Notes: generated from the sequence alone by a model not told the origin. A stretch of 64,000 nucleotides of DNA from a candidate division FCPU426 bacterium (GCA_963847625.1 CAWKAR010000029.1:1-64000), one strand, 5' to 3'; counted from the first letter of the stretch, positions 46,065-56,725 are shown. Made by a program: numbers and translations.

Positions 46065-47948
46065 CTAATACGACGTGAAATGCTGTTGGGCCTGGCTGCG
46101 CATCTGGCCCAAGAAATTCGGGTCGAAATTTTTCACCAAATTCGTGTTCTCGTGGATGTCCTTGTCCAGATCGTACAACTCTCCCGCCTTGTCCTCGTAA
46201 TCCTCCAGGGTGCGGGAGTATTTGAGTAGGCGGTTCGGGCCGTCATAAACCACCGCCCCTTCCTGGTTCGATTGGGTATAGGGGCAGAGATGGAAGGTCC
46301 AGGGGTTCGTGCGCTTGCGCAGGAGGGACTGGCCCTGCCAGCAGGAGGGAAAATCCAGCCCCACCATGTCCGTGAGGGTCGGCGCGATGTCGATCTGGGT
46401 CCCGTAATGGATCTCAGGAAAAGCGGGAAGGGGTTTAGAACCGAAGAAGACGATGGGGATGTGAAGCGCCTCGATGGCGGTGAAGCGGCGGTGGCCATAC
46501 TTGCCTTTCTTGCCCAGGATCTGGCCGTGGTCGGCGGTGAGGACCGCCACATAATCCTTGAGGTACCCTTTTTGCCTGAGAGTCAGCAGGATTTTCCTCA
46601 TTACGTCGTCCATTTGGAGGATGCGGTCGTCATACAGGTTCCTCACCCATGGCACGGTATCACCCAGGAACAGCGTGTCCCCGATGACGACATTACGGGT
46701 AGGCTGGTACCTCAGGAATTTATCATCCAGGGTCCCCAGGGGGTGCACGGACAGCAGATGGAAGTAAAAAAAGTGGAAACCACCGTCATAGGGCTTCAGG
46801 TTGGCGGTCTCATTCACCACTAATTGGTCGTCGCAAATCCCCCCCGGGCCGGGATTCTCACTGCCGTCGAAAAAAAGGTCGATTTTTTTCCCGAAGGCCT
46901 GGTGCGTCTTTTGCCAGGTATGGCCCCCCGCCAGGATGAGGTAATTCGAAAAGCCCTCGTCGGCCAAGTAATCGCAGAGGGAATAATCGTATTGGCTCAC
47001 GGCGGCGGGTTCCTTGGAATTCATGAGGCAGACGGTTCCGGTGAGGGTGTCGATTCCCGTGGAAAGGCCGATCTCCACCCGCCGGGCGTGGGCTGCGGGA
47101 AAGAATTTGTCCAGGAAGGGGGTCAGGGGCCGTTTATAACCGTAGATCGGAAGGTGGTCGGCCCGGAGCGCGTCCACACAGAAAAGGATGATGTTGTGGA
47201 CCTTCGGGATCTTGCCCCGAACGGCTTTCTCGACGAGCCGGTCCCGGTGCTCCCAATAGACCCTCTCACGAGTCATGGCGAAAATGGTGGGCCGCGGGTT
47301 GAAGAAGGCCACAATGGGCTCGTTGACGAGATTGATGAATCCGAGTGTTTGACGGGTGGAAGTCAGGGCGAGCCCGAAGATGGTCATGCAGGCGGTTATG
47401 CCGAAGATGAAAATCATTTTTTGGGAACGGCCGAGATAGTTATATTTTTCCCTTATGGCCCAATACCATACGGACAATTCCCTGGTTCTCCCGTGGAGGA
47501 TGAGATAAAAAACGATCAAGGGAGCGATGAAATAGGCGACAATCACGCCGCGGGGGATGTCAAAGTTGTCCGCGAGGTCGAAAAGGTGGGGAATGAAATT
47601 CAGGATCAGCCGGTAGTCGGCCGGCTCACCCCAGGAGAGGTTTCCGACAACGGAAGCGGTATATATGAAATAAAGGAAGTAAAAACTGGCCGTGGGGACG
47701 AGGAGCCATGGAATTAAAAAATACCTCTTGTTTAAGCGGAGGAAAACTTCCCGTACGGCGAACATCAGGACGAGAGTCGCGGCAAGCCAAAGGGATAGTA
47801 CGAACAGATGCTTCATAACAAGGTAGGGGTCTTTGTTGTAACGGGGATAAACGATGAGTAGGTATAACGTAGCCATGAGGAGGGGAATCATTAAAATAGG
47901 GAAGAGATGTTTTTTGGGGGGCATAGGCACGGAGGAGGATGTATTCAT
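46065..47948 (-). CDS. Membrane-anchored alkaline-phosphatase-superfamily (sulfatase/LTA-synthase-like) protein
   Basis: About 5 N-terminal TM segments; NIILFCVDALRADHL, H..H.P, LTADHG, YGH, DIAPT, ELYDL.KD..E..NL. Confidence 0.85.
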   Translation of the reverse strand: MNTSSSVPMPPKKHLFPILMIPLLMATLYLLIVYPRYNKDPYLVMKHLFVLSLWLAATLVLMFAVREVFLRLNKRYFLIPWLLVPTASFYFLYFIYTASVVGNLSWGEPADYRLILNFIPHLFDLADNFDIPRGVIVAYFIAPLIVFYLILHGRTRELSVWYWAIREKYNYLGRSQKMIFIFGITACMTIFGLALTSTRQTLGFINLVNEPIVAFFNPRPTIFAMTRERVYWEHRDRLVEKAVRGKIPKVHNIILFCVDALRADHLPIYGYKRPLTPFLDKFFPAAHARRVEIGLSTGIDTLTGTVCLMNSKEPAAVSQYDYSLCDYLADEGFSNYLILAGGHTWQKTHQAFGKKIDLFFDGSENPGPGGICDDQLVVNETANLKPYDGGFHFFYFHLLSVHPLGTLDDKFLRYQPTRNVVIGDTLFLGDTVPWVRNLYDDRILQMDDVMRKILLTLRQKGYLKDYVAVLTADHGQILGKKGKYGHRRFTAIEALHIPIVFFGSKPLPAFPEIHYGTQIDIAPTLTDMVGLDFPSCWQGQSLLRKRTNPWTFHLCPYTQSNQEGAVVYDGPNRLLKYSRTLEDYEDKAGELYDLDKDIHENTNLVKNFDPNFLGQMRSQAQQHFTSY

Positions 47949-48373
47949 GAACTTTCCCGGGAGGAAGTTTTTTTAAAAAAAAAGGGAAAAGGCATGTTGG
48001 TTGGTCGAACCATCCCCGGATAACAGGAGTAGTTTCGCATTTGTGCCATTATAAGGAAAATCAATGGAGTAATCCCTGCTTAAAAGGCCGGTATTTTAGA
48101 TAGGGTTCCACGGGGATAGCGGTCAGGCTTTCCGGCGGGATTTCTCGGGAATAATCTTCTAATCGAGTTTGACAGATTTTCGAATAACCGAAACGGAGGA
48201 AATCTCACCTAGTTGTTCCTGGCTCAGGAGATGGTGCAAGTCATCCATGATTTCCACCGGATTCACCTGGAACTCCATGACTTCCATCCGATTCCATTTG
48301 CGGGTGGGAACGATCCGAAGTAGATTGAATTGGGCCCTGAATAATTCCACCTGCCAACTATTATTTTAATGGA

Positions 48374-49393
48374 GTGAGAGTGAAAAAGCTTATTTGGATG
48401 TTTCTGTTCCTTTTTTTGTTTCCCGCCATCAGGGTGCAAGCGGGTGATTCCCTTGTCCTTAGATCGGGATTATTCATGGTTTCGGGGAATACCAGCTATG
48501 ACATCACCTATTCCGGATACGACGCGAACTACGGAAACTATACCGGGGAAAGCATCCTGGTGTTCAACCTGAACGCTTTGATGCTGGATGTTGGGGAGGA
48601 TTTCATAGTAGGAAAACGGGATTTTGTCCTCTCCGTGGATTATGCCTCGTCCCTTACCGGATTTAGCCAATACTTCCAGGATGAAGATTTTTTCAATAAC
48701 TCGACCTACAATGCGTCCTACGGGTCCTTGATCAGCAACACGGTCTCCCCCGGAGTGGATACCCCGGCTCAAATCTTTTGCCTCAGCTTAAAGCCGTGGT
48801 TGACCGCCTTTGGGCCGGATAACATCTTTAAATTGAACCTCGAATTGGGGTATGAGCACCAGCATTGGGGGATTTTCAACGTATACAATTATTCGGGTTA
48901 TCACTATCAATACTTTACAGGCACTGGAAACGCCCAGTATGTCGACGTTAATTCCTCTTCACCGGTTTTGACCTATGAAATCTTCTTCGACAGCTACTTT
49001 ATCGGTCTTGGCGTGAATTTTGACATCAGCCGGGGGCTCCGGGGTGAGATCGGGGCGAGGACCGCGATCTGTGGTTTCAACGACATCGACAACCATCTAT
49101 TCCGCGACAAGTTATGCCGGGCAACAGGTCTCGGGTTTTCTTCGGACCTGCGCGCCGAACTGACCTTGGACCTTGGAAAGGGTTATTCCCTGACCGGCTA
49201 TGGACGATATCAGGATTTTTCGGTTTTTGGCACCCAGGCGCAAACCGATTATTCCGGCACGGTGCAACCCACCCCTTACCTTCCCATCAGCGGCACGGCA
49301 AACGACCAGGTGACTTCCCAACAGTTACGGATTGGATTTGAAATATCCTATGCCTTTAATTTCGGCAGAAACATTTGGGGCCTGGAATTCTGA
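48374..49393 (+). CDS. Omptin-like outer-membrane beta-barrel protein (paralog 1)
   Basis: Signal peptide, alternating beta-strands, QDEDF and DIDNHLFR motifs, C-terminal Phe. Confidence 0.65.
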   Translation: MRVKKLIWMFLFLFLFPAIRVQAGDSLVLRSGLFMVSGNTSYDITYSGYDANYGNYTGESILVFNLNALMLDVGEDFIVGKRDFVLSVDYASSLTGFSQYFQDEDFFNNSTYNASYGSLISNTVSPGVDTPAQIFCLSLKPWLTAFGPDNIFKLNLELGYEHQHWGIFNVYNYSGYHYQYFTGTGNAQYVDVNSSSPVLTYEIFFDSYFIGLGVNFDISRGLRGEIGARTAICGFNDIDNHLFRDKLCRATGLGFSSDLRAELTLDLGKGYSLTGYGRYQDFSVFGTQAQTDYSGTVQPTPYLPISGTANDQVTSQQLRIGFEISYAFNFGRNIWGLEF

Positions 49394-49516
49394 CCGGAAG
49401 GGACCGGCGGGCCCTTGAGAGGTTATTTTTCGGCGCGGGCAGATTCAACTAGCCGAACCTGAGTTCAACGGGTTCTACCTCTGTTCTTGATTCGATTTAA
49501 ACTCACTGGAGAAGGA

Positions 49517-50530
49517 ATGAAAAAGCTTTTTTGGACATCCATGCTTCTTTTATTTTCGACCGCCAGGACGGCATCCGCTGATGTCTCTTTCGGCCTGCGG
49601 TCAGGCACTTTCCTCGTCACGGGGCAAACCAGCTATGACATCACCTTTTCCGGGTTTTCAACGCTTATTGTATCCGGCAAGGTTATTGGAAACTTTAACG
49701 GCGAGAGCAAGCTGGAATTCAACTTGAATGCGGACATGCTTGATATCGGGGGTGACATCATCATGGGAAGACAGGATTTCATTGTCTCGCTGGATTTCGC
49801 TTCATCTTTTGCCGGAAATTCCCAGATCTTTCGGGACCGCGATTGGATTTATAACCCAATCTATGATCCGGCCTACGGGATCTTGTGGGGGGACACGACA
49901 TCCACTGGAATAGAGACCCCTTGCCAGATCTTTTGCCTCGGTCTAAAGAAAAGCCTGGTTTCGTTCGGGCCGGAGAACGGTTCCCATTTGAACCTCAAAT
50001 TGGGCTGGGAGAACCAGCATTGGGGTGTCCTCTACATATACAATTACGCGGGGTTTTATGGCCCATACTTTACGCACAATGGTACCACCCTGCATGTCGA
50101 TGAAAATTCCTCGACCCCGATTTTAACCTATGAAATTTCCTATAACGATTATTCTACGGGTCTTGACCTGGATTCGGAAATAAGCCGGGGATTCCACGCG
50201 GGATTCGGGGCGGATATCGGAAGAAGCGATTTTAGCGACACTGACCATCACTTTATCGGGGACCGGATAATGCAAGGGATGGGCGGAGGTTTTTACGCGG
50301 ACCTGGATTGCGACCTCGCCTTCGACCTTGGAGGGGGTTTTTCCCTGACAGACTACGGGCAATACAAGAATTTCTCGCCATCGGGCATACAGACCCAAAA
50401 CTATTATTCCGGAATTTTTCCAGTTAGTGCCGTGGTGAACGACCAGGTGAACTCCGACCAGTTCCGCGTCGGCCTCGAGTTGTCCTTTATTTTCAATGCT
50501 GAGGGTAAAGCCTCGCGCCCGGGTTTATAA
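49517..50530 (+). CDS. Omptin-like outer-membrane beta-barrel protein (paralog 2)
   Basis: Clear paralog of 48374..49393 (TSYDIT, GES.L.FNLNA, QIFCL.LK, E.QHWG, LTYEI, NDQV); RDRDW and DTDHH motifs. Confidence 0.65.
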   Translation: MKKLFWTSMLLLFSTARTASADVSFGLRSGTFLVTGQTSYDITFSGFSTLIVSGKVIGNFNGESKLEFNLNADMLDIGGDIIMGRQDFIVSLDFASSFAGNSQIFRDRDWIYNPIYDPAYGILWGDTTSTGIETPCQIFCLGLKKSLVSFGPENGSHLNLKLGWENQHWGVLYIYNYAGFYGPYFTHNGTTLHVDENSSTPILTYEISYNDYSTGLDLDSEISRGFHAGFGADIGRSDFSDTDHHFIGDRIMQGMGGGFYADLDCDLAFDLGGGFSLTDYGQYKNFSPSGIQTQNYYSGIFPVSAVVNDQVNSDQFRVGLELSFIFNAEGKASRPGL

Positions 50531-50594
50531 TCCGAAGGGATTTCGGCGTTTTTGGAGGTTGTTTTTTGTTACCGCTTAATCCTAAAATAAAACC

Positions 50595-50888
50595 ATGAAA
50601 ATCAACCGAGTATTGAGACTCTTTCTTTTGGTATTGATCCTGGGGACCTTCGGGTTCGTGGGTTTCGTCCGGGCGCAATCGGACGATTCAATCGCTCAAA
50701 ATCCACCTGCCCAACATCAGGTTTCCCACCCTGCCAAACACAAATCCAAACTTAAAAAACGGAAAAAGAAAAAGTCTTACACCAAGATCAGGGTCGATAA
50801 CCAATCCTCCCAAGAACAGGAAAATGTCTCCAACCAGACCAGCGTATCAGACCAGGCGGACTCGAAAGGTTCCAAAAAAGGCCGCTGA
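50595..50888 (+). CDS. Small secreted low-complexity hypothetical protein
   Basis: Signal peptide (..VRA-Q), Lys-rich then Ser/Gln-rich. Confidence 0.6.
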   Translation: MKINRVLRLFLLVLILGTFGFVGFVRAQSDDSIAQNPPAQHQVSHPAKHKSKLKKRKKKKSYTKIRVDNQSSQEQENVSNQTSVSDQADSKGSKKGR

Positions 50889-50911
50889 AATAAAACCAAT
50901 AGGAGTCAATC

Positions 50912-51493
50912 ATGTCCCGCACCCCTTCCACGATGCTTGAATTGGGAACCCCCGCGCCGGATTTTCACCTGCCCGACGTCCAAACGGGCCATAGCGTGAG
51001 CCTATCCCAATTCTCGGGGAAGAAAGCCCTTTTGGTCATGTTCATTTGCCGGCATTGCCCCTATGTCCAGCACGTCAAGGGGGAACTGGCCCGTTTGGGA
51101 AAAGATTACGCCTCCCGGGAAGTTGGAATCGCGGCCATCAGTTCCAATGATTCGGTCAAATATCCCGACGATTCGCCGGAGAGTTTGAAACAAATGGCCA
51201 AGGAGCTCGGCCTCAATTATCCGCTGCTTTTCGATGGAACCCAGGAAACGGCCAAGGCCTACCGGGCGGCCTGCACGCCTGAATTTTACCTTTTCGACGC
51301 GCAATTCCGGCTGGCCTACCGGGGCCAACTGGACGACAGCCGGCCCGGGAACAGCCTGCCTGTCACCGGAAAAAGCCTGAGGGAAGCCCTGGATGCGGTT
51401 TTAGAGGGGAGGCCCTGTCCCTCGGACCAAAAGCCCAGCGTCGGTTGCAACATTAAGTGGAAACAGGGCAACGAGCCTGACTATTTCCATTGA
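50912..51493 (+). CDS. Thioredoxin-fold (AhpC/TSA redoxin) protein
   Basis: APDFHLPD, FICRHCPYV, AACTPEFYLFD, YRGQLDDSRP, SVGCNIKW. Confidence 0.9.
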   Translation: MSRTPSTMLELGTPAPDFHLPDVQTGHSVSLSQFSGKKALLVMFICRHCPYVQHVKGELARLGKDYASREVGIAAISSNDSVKYPDDSPESLKQMAKELGLNYPLLFDGTQETAKAYRAACTPEFYLFDAQFRLAYRGQLDDSRPGNSLPVTGKSLREALDAVLEGRPCPSDQKPSVGCNIKWKQGNEPDYFH

Positions 51494-51629
51494 AAAGCGA
51501 AAGGCCCCGGATCCGCCGCCCTTTTAACTTTATTTATTGACTCCGCTTCCCTAGAATAAAAGTTCATTCCCCATAAAAGGCAGTTTGGTTGAACGTTCCA
51601 AACCGTTTAAAAACAATGTTGGAGGAATT

Positions 51630-54257
51630 GTGAACGCGCATGCAAGCGATGGTTCAGCCCCACCCGGGCGGAGTTTAGTTGACGCCGGGGAGGCCAATCT
51701 CCAAAACGCAGTTTCCACCGCCCCTTTCATCCTTTTCGCCCTGGACCGGAACGGAATTTTTACCCTGTCCGAGGGGGAGGGGCTGAAGGCTCTCCGGCTC
51801 AAGCCGGGAGAGGTCGTGGGCCGTTCCGCCCTGGACCGAAACCAAGAGAATCCGCCTCTCATCGAGGACATTCGGCGCGCCTTGCGCGGGGAGAAATTCA
51901 CTTCCACCTCTCGGATGGGGGATTTGGTTTTTGAGACCCGCTATTCCCCCCTCTCGGATGCCGAAGGCCGGTTCAATGGCACGGTCGGAGTGGCCTTGGA
52001 TATCACCGAATGGGATAAAAGGGAGGAAGTTTTCAAGCGAAGGGTGGAGTTCGGCAAGCTTATCAGCACTCTGACATCCCAATTCATCAACCTGCCCCTC
52101 GAAAAAATTGATGGAGGCATCCAGGACGCCCTCCAAACGATCGGCTGTTTTATCGACGCAGACCGCATCTACATATTCAAGGACAGCCAAGGGATTGTAG
52201 CCACCCCCGCTTTTGTGTGGTCCGCCGAGGGGGCGCCTCCCCCGGTGAATTGGCCTGAAAAATTGAAGTTGCCGGATTACCCGTGGTTTTACGACAAACT
52301 AAACCGGCTGGAGACCGTGCTGTTGAGGACTCCGGAGGATTTGCCCTCGATCGCTGTTAAGGAAAAGGAATTCCTCCAGGCCTTTGGAATCCAATCCATC
52401 GTTACCGTCCCCATGGTTTCCGCCGGGCGTTGTATCGGTTTCATGGCCATCAGCACCCTTCGAGCCCCCAAAACCTGGAATAACGACGACCTGGCTTTTT
52501 TCCGTATCGCGGGCGACTTATTTGCCAGCACGCTGGAGCGCAAGCACAACGAACTGGCCTTGAGGGAAAGCGAGGGAAAATTCCGGGAACTTTTCAACAA
52601 CGCCAACGACGCGATTTTCCTTTTTCCCATCTCCGACGACGCGGTTCCCGGAAAGTTCATGGAAGTCAACGACATCGCCTGCTCCAAGATAAGCTTCCTC
52701 CGGGAGGAGCTTCTGCGCATGACCCCCTATGACATCGCCGTTCCCGAGGATGTGAACGGGATGCCCAAACACTTCAGGACCCTTTTGCAACAGGGGCACC
52801 TGCTGGCGGTCGAAAGGTCCTATCTCTCGAAAAACGGGCTGAAGATTCCCTTCGAGATCAATTTTTACGTTTTTGAATGGAACGGCCGGAAGATGGTCCA
52901 AGCCGTCGCCCGGGACATCACCGACCGGAAAAGGGCGGATGAAACCATCCGGCACCAGGCCTATTACGACGTCCTGACGAACCTGCCCAACCGGACCCTG
53001 TTCAAGGACCGGCTGGAACAGGCCATGAAAACCGCCCGCTTCAACAACCAGATGCTGTGCGTGATCGTCCTGGACCTGGACCGCTTCAAGAACATCAACG
53101 AGACCCTCGGGCACCAGGTGGGGGACAAGCTCCTGGTGGCGGTGGCCGAAAGGCTCCTGGACGTGCTCAACGAAAACGAGACCATCGCGCGCTTCGGGGG
53201 GGATGAGTTCACCCTGCTCCTGCCCCAGGTGGGCAAAATCGAGGAGGCCACCGATCACGCCCAAAAAATCATCGAATTGCTCTCCAACCCCTTCAAGCTC
53301 AACGGCCACGAACTGCACGTGACCACCAGCATCGGCATGGCCTTCTACCCGGAGGACGGCGAAAATCCCGAAGTGCTCATGAAGAACGCGGAAACCGCCA
53401 TGTACCGGGCCAAGGAACAGGGGAGGAACAATTACCAGCTTTACGCCTCGGTCATGAACGTGAGTGCGTTCAAGCAATTGCTCATGGAGAACAACCTCCG
53501 GAGGGCCCTCGAGAAGGAGGAATTCGTCGTTTACTACCAGCCGCAAATCGACATGAGGACCCAGCGGGTCATCGGCGCGGAAGCCCTCGTGCGCTGGCAG
53601 CATCCCGACCTGGGGCTGGTGTTCCCGACGGAATTCATCGGTCTGGCGGAAGAAACGGGACTCATCGTCCCGATCGGGGAATGGGTGATCCGCAGGGTGT
53701 GCCTTCAAATCAAGAAATGGCAGGAAGGCGGGAACAACAAATTCTGTATTTTCGTCAACCTGTCCGGGCGCCAATTCCAGCAGAAAAACCTGGTGAACAG
53801 CATCTCCCGGATCCTGCAGGAAACGGGCACGGACCCCCAATACCTGGGCCTGGAAATCACGGAAACCATCGCGATGAAAAACGCCGATTTTACCATCCTG
53901 GCCTTGAACGAGTTCAAGAAAATGGGGATTCACCTTTCGCTGGACGATTTCGGGACCGGGTACTCGTCCCTGAGCTACCTGAAACGCTTCCCGTTGGAAA
54001 CGTTGAAGATCGACAAGTCATTCGTCCGGGACATCACCATCGACCCGAACGACGCCGCCATCGTTTCGGGAGTCATCGCCCTGGCGCACAGCCTGAAGCT
54101 CCAAGTGGTGGCGGAGGGGGTCGAGACGGAAGGGCAATTGACGTTCCTGAAAAACCACGACTGCGACCATGTCCAGGGGTATTTCTACAGCCACCCCCTG
54201 CCGGTGGAAAGCTTCCTGAAGGCCATCAAGGAATTCAGCTTCCCCAAGCCTATTTGA
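51630..54257 (+). CDS. PAS-GAF-PAS-GGDEF-EAL c-di-GMP enzyme
   Basis: GGAGG RBS + GTG; PAS ends ALDITE and ARDITDRK; RFGGDEF; AEALVRW, LEITE, DDFGTGYSS, KID, AEGVE, QGY. Confidence 0.93.
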   Translation: MNAHASDGSAPPGRSLVDAGEANLQNAVSTAPFILFALDRNGIFTLSEGEGLKALRLKPGEVVGRSALDRNQENPPLIEDIRRALRGEKFTSTSRMGDLVFETRYSPLSDAEGRFNGTVGVALDITEWDKREEVFKRRVEFGKLISTLTSQFINLPLEKIDGGIQDALQTIGCFIDADRIYIFKDSQGIVATPAFVWSAEGAPPPVNWPEKLKLPDYPWFYDKLNRLETVLLRTPEDLPSIAVKEKEFLQAFGIQSIVTVPMVSAGRCIGFMAISTLRAPKTWNNDDLAFFRIAGDLFASTLERKHNELALRESEGKFRELFNNANDAIFLFPISDDAVPGKFMEVNDIACSKISFLREELLRMTPYDIAVPEDVNGMPKHFRTLLQQGHLLAVERSYLSKNGLKIPFEINFYVFEWNGRKMVQAVARDITDRKRADETIRHQAYYDVLTNLPNRTLFKDRLEQAMKTARFNNQMLCVIVLDLDRFKNINETLGHQVGDKLLVAVAERLLDVLNENETIARFGGDEFTLLLPQVGKIEEATDHAQKIIELLSNPFKLNGHELHVTTSIGMAFYPEDGENPEVLMKNAETAMYRAKEQGRNNYQLYASVMNVSAFKQLLMENNLRRALEKEEFVVYYQPQIDMRTQRVIGAEALVRWQHPDLGLVFPTEFIGLAEETGLIVPIGEWVIRRVCLQIKKWQEGGNNKFCIFVNLSGRQFQQKNLVNSISRILQETGTDPQYLGLEITETIAMKNADFTILALNEFKKMGIHLSLDDFGTGYSSLSYLKRFPLETLKIDKSFVRDITIDPNDAAIVSGVIALAHSLKLQVVAEGVETEGQLTFLKNHDCDHVQGYFYSHPLPVESFLKAIKEFSFPKPI

Positions 54258-54708
54258 TCTTCCGGCGCAGGGCCCGCTCGATTTCCCGGTTGGCTTCTTT
54301 TTCCCTCAGCTTGTGCCGCTTATCCACCTGGGTTTTCCCCTTGGCCACCGCCAGCTGGACCTTCACTTTGCCGGCCTTGAAATAAAGCCTCAAGGGCACG
54401 AGGCTCAGACCCTTTTCCTGGACCCTCCCGGAAAGTTTCCCAATCTCCCCCCGGTTGAGAAGGAGCTTGCGGGGCCGGGTGGGCTCGGGATTGTAGCGGT
54501 TTCCCTGCGCGTAGGGGGTAACATGCATCCCGTATAGGAAAACCTCGCCTTTTTCCACCCGGCCGAAACTGTCCTGGAGGGTGACCTTGCCCAGGCGGAT
54601 AGATTTCACCTCGCAGCCCACCAGGGCGATGCCAGCTTCCACGCTTTCCATGATGAAATAGTCGAAGTGGGCTTTCCGGTTTTGGATTGTCGGGGCTCTA
54701 TCCGCCAT
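54250..54708 (-). CDS. smpB: SsrA-binding protein
   Basis: NRKAHFDY, EAGIALVGCEVKSIR, RKLLL, KGK..DKR. Confidence 0.96.
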   Translation of the reverse strand: MADRAPTIQNRKAHFDYFIMESVEAGIALVGCEVKSIRLGKVTLQDSFGRVEKGEVFLYGMHVTPYAQGNRYNPEPTRPRKLLLNRGEIGKLSGRVQEKGLSLVPLRLYFKAGKVKVQLAVAKGKTQVDKRHKLREKEANREIERALRRKIK

Positions 54709-56725
54709 GGTTCCTCGTTAAAATCAACCGCTGGAACAGCATGTCCACCGCCAGGACCTTGACTTTCAATATATCACCAAACCTCACGACCGTTCCCTGG
54801 TTTCCCTTGAGCGTGAGCGACTCTTGGTCATAACGAAGCCCGTCTTCCAGCATGTTCTCCAAGGGAAGGAATCCCTCGAGTCCGTAGGGCTCCAACTCGA
54901 CATACACGCCGTAAGCGGTCATGTGCCGCACGGGGCCGGAGTAGTCCCGGCCGATCTTATCCTGCATGAACCTCAACTGCATGACTTTTTGGCCCTCCCG
55001 CTCGGCCTTTTCCGCGGATCTTTCCCGCTCACTGCAGTGGGCCGCCAAACGGTCCAGGGCGGCGGCCTTGGAGGCGGATTCGCGGGCCTGGAAGGTTTTT
55101 TTCAAGGCCCGGTGGACCACCAGGTCGGGGTAGCGGCGAATGGGGGAGGTGAAATGGCAGTAGGATCTCAGGGCCAGCCCGAAGTGGCCGAGGTTTTTCG
55201 TTGAATAGACCGCCAGTTTCATTGAACGCAGGGCCAGCATGTTGATGAGCGGCCCCAGGGGGTTTCCCTTCACGGATTCCAGCAGGGCGCTCAAGCCCCG
55301 GGGCGTGCCCAATTCGGAGGGCTTAAAGTGAACATGGTATGCCTTTAAAAAAACGGTCAAGTCCTCCAAATCGGGGGGCTGGGGCGGCTCATGGATGCGG
55401 TAAAGCGCCGGGATGGCCTTCTGGCTGACATAAGTGGCGACAGCCTCGTTGGCCGCGACCATGAAATCCTCGATGAGACGGTGGGTTTCCAACCGCTCCA
55501 CCTTCCGGATGTCCTGAACCAACCCGTCCGGGCCCATGACCGCCCTGACTTCCGGCAGGTCGAAATCCATCGAGCCTTGTTCCCGGCGTCCGGCGCGGAT
55601 GTTCCGGGAAAGCAAAAGCATATCCGCCAGCATGGAACGCAACCTCTCGTATTTCACCCGTACCGCGGGCGGCGCCGTCCCATCCAATACCTGTTGGACT
55701 TCCTCATAAGTGCCGCGCCGCGCACTTTGGATGACGGTGGGGGCGAACTCGGTGCCCAACAACTTGCCTTCCGGGCCGTACTCCAGAAAAGCGGAAAGGG
55801 TCAGGCGGGGGACGCCTTCCCGGAGGGAACAAAGCCCGTCGGAAAGGGAATGGGGGAGCATCGGAAGCACCCGGTCGGGCAGGTACACGCTGGTGGCGCG
55901 TTCCTGGGCCTCCTGGTCCAGAGGCGTTCCCTCGCGCACGTAATGGGAAACGTCGGCGATGTGGACGCCCAGGCGGAAGCGGCCGGAAGATTCCCGGACG
56001 AGGGAAATGGCGTCGTCGAAATCCTTGGCGTCCGGGCCGTCGATGGTCAACACCGGCGTGTCCCGCAGATCTAGGCGGCCCTTCCAGTCCTCCTCGGACG
56101 GGTTTTCCGGAAAGTGCTTGCATTCATGCTCGACCGCCGGGGGGAATTTCTCGTTCCATTTGTATTTTTTGACGATGGCCAGGATATCCACTCCCGGGTC
56201 GCCCGCGAAACCGAGGATTTCCTCCACGTGCCCTTTCATCCGCTTGCCCTCACCCGGCCATTGGGTGATCCGAGCCACGGCTTTCTGGCCTTCCTTGGCG
56301 TCGGGGGGGACCTGGTCCAGGTGAACCCAGTGAATGACCTTTTGATCATCGGGCTTCAGTAAATAACCTGCCTTCGTCTTGCTCAAGACCCCAACGATCG
56401 TCGGGTGGGCCCTCTTCACGACCGAAAGGACGACCGCGGCGAACCGGTCTTCCTTGCGGGAATCTTTTGTGATCCTGGCCCGGATGGTATCCCCGCTTAA
56501 AATACCTTTCATTTCCCTGGGGGGAAGAAACGCGTCGGTGGAGCCGTCCTCCGGGATGAAGAATCCAAATCCCTTCTCGTTCCCTTGGACTATTCCGACT
56601 TTCTCAATCTGGCCCGTACTTGCCTTGGGTTTGGGTGCGTGGGATGGGGGGCCGTGGTGCCCGCCCTTTTTGGAGTGGCTTTTTTGCTTGGGATGAAAAC
56701 CCTTGTTTCTATGCTTTCTTGACAA
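54698..56725 (-). CDS. rnr: Ribonuclease R
   Basis: KGFGF cold-shock domain, TIDGPDAKDFDDA, HIADVSHYV, HFTSPIRRYPD, S1 domain. Confidence 0.95.
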   Translation of the reverse strand: MSRKHRNKGFHPKQKSHSKKGGHHGPPSHAPKPKASTGQIEKVGIVQGNEKGFGFFIPEDGSTDAFLPPREMKGILSGDTIRARITKDSRKEDRFAAVVLSVVKRAHPTIVGVLSKTKAGYLLKPDDQKVIHWVHLDQVPPDAKEGQKAVARITQWPGEGKRMKGHVEEILGFAGDPGVDILAIVKKYKWNEKFPPAVEHECKHFPENPSEEDWKGRLDLRDTPVLTIDGPDAKDFDDAISLVRESSGRFRLGVHIADVSHYVREGTPLDQEAQERATSVYLPDRVLPMLPHSLSDGLCSLREGVPRLTLSAFLEYGPEGKLLGTEFAPTVIQSARRGTYEEVQQVLDGTAPPAVRVKYERLRSMLADMLLLSRNIRAGRREQGSMDFDLPEVRAVMGPDGLVQDIRKVERLETHRLIEDFMVAANEAVATYVSQKAIPALYRIHEPPQPPDLEDLTVFLKAYHVHFKPSELGTPRGLSALLESVKGNPLGPLINMLALRSMKLAVYSTKNLGHFGLALRSYCHFTSPIRRYPDLVVHRALKKTFQARESASKAAALDRLAAHCSERERSAEKAEREGQKVMQLRFMQDKIGRDYSGPVRHMTAYGVYVELEPYGLEGFLPLENMLEDGLRYDQESLTLKGNQGTVVRFGDILKVKVLAVDMLFQRLILTRNHGG

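Noticed and set aside
48159..48369. Short ORFs on both strands upstream of the omptin-like pair
   Set aside because: No recognisable motif or convincing RBS; possibly a gene remnant but unsupported.
54250..56725. tmRNA (ssrA) next to smpB
   Set aside because: smpB is tightly flanked by overlapping CDSs, and no tmRNA-like termini were seen.
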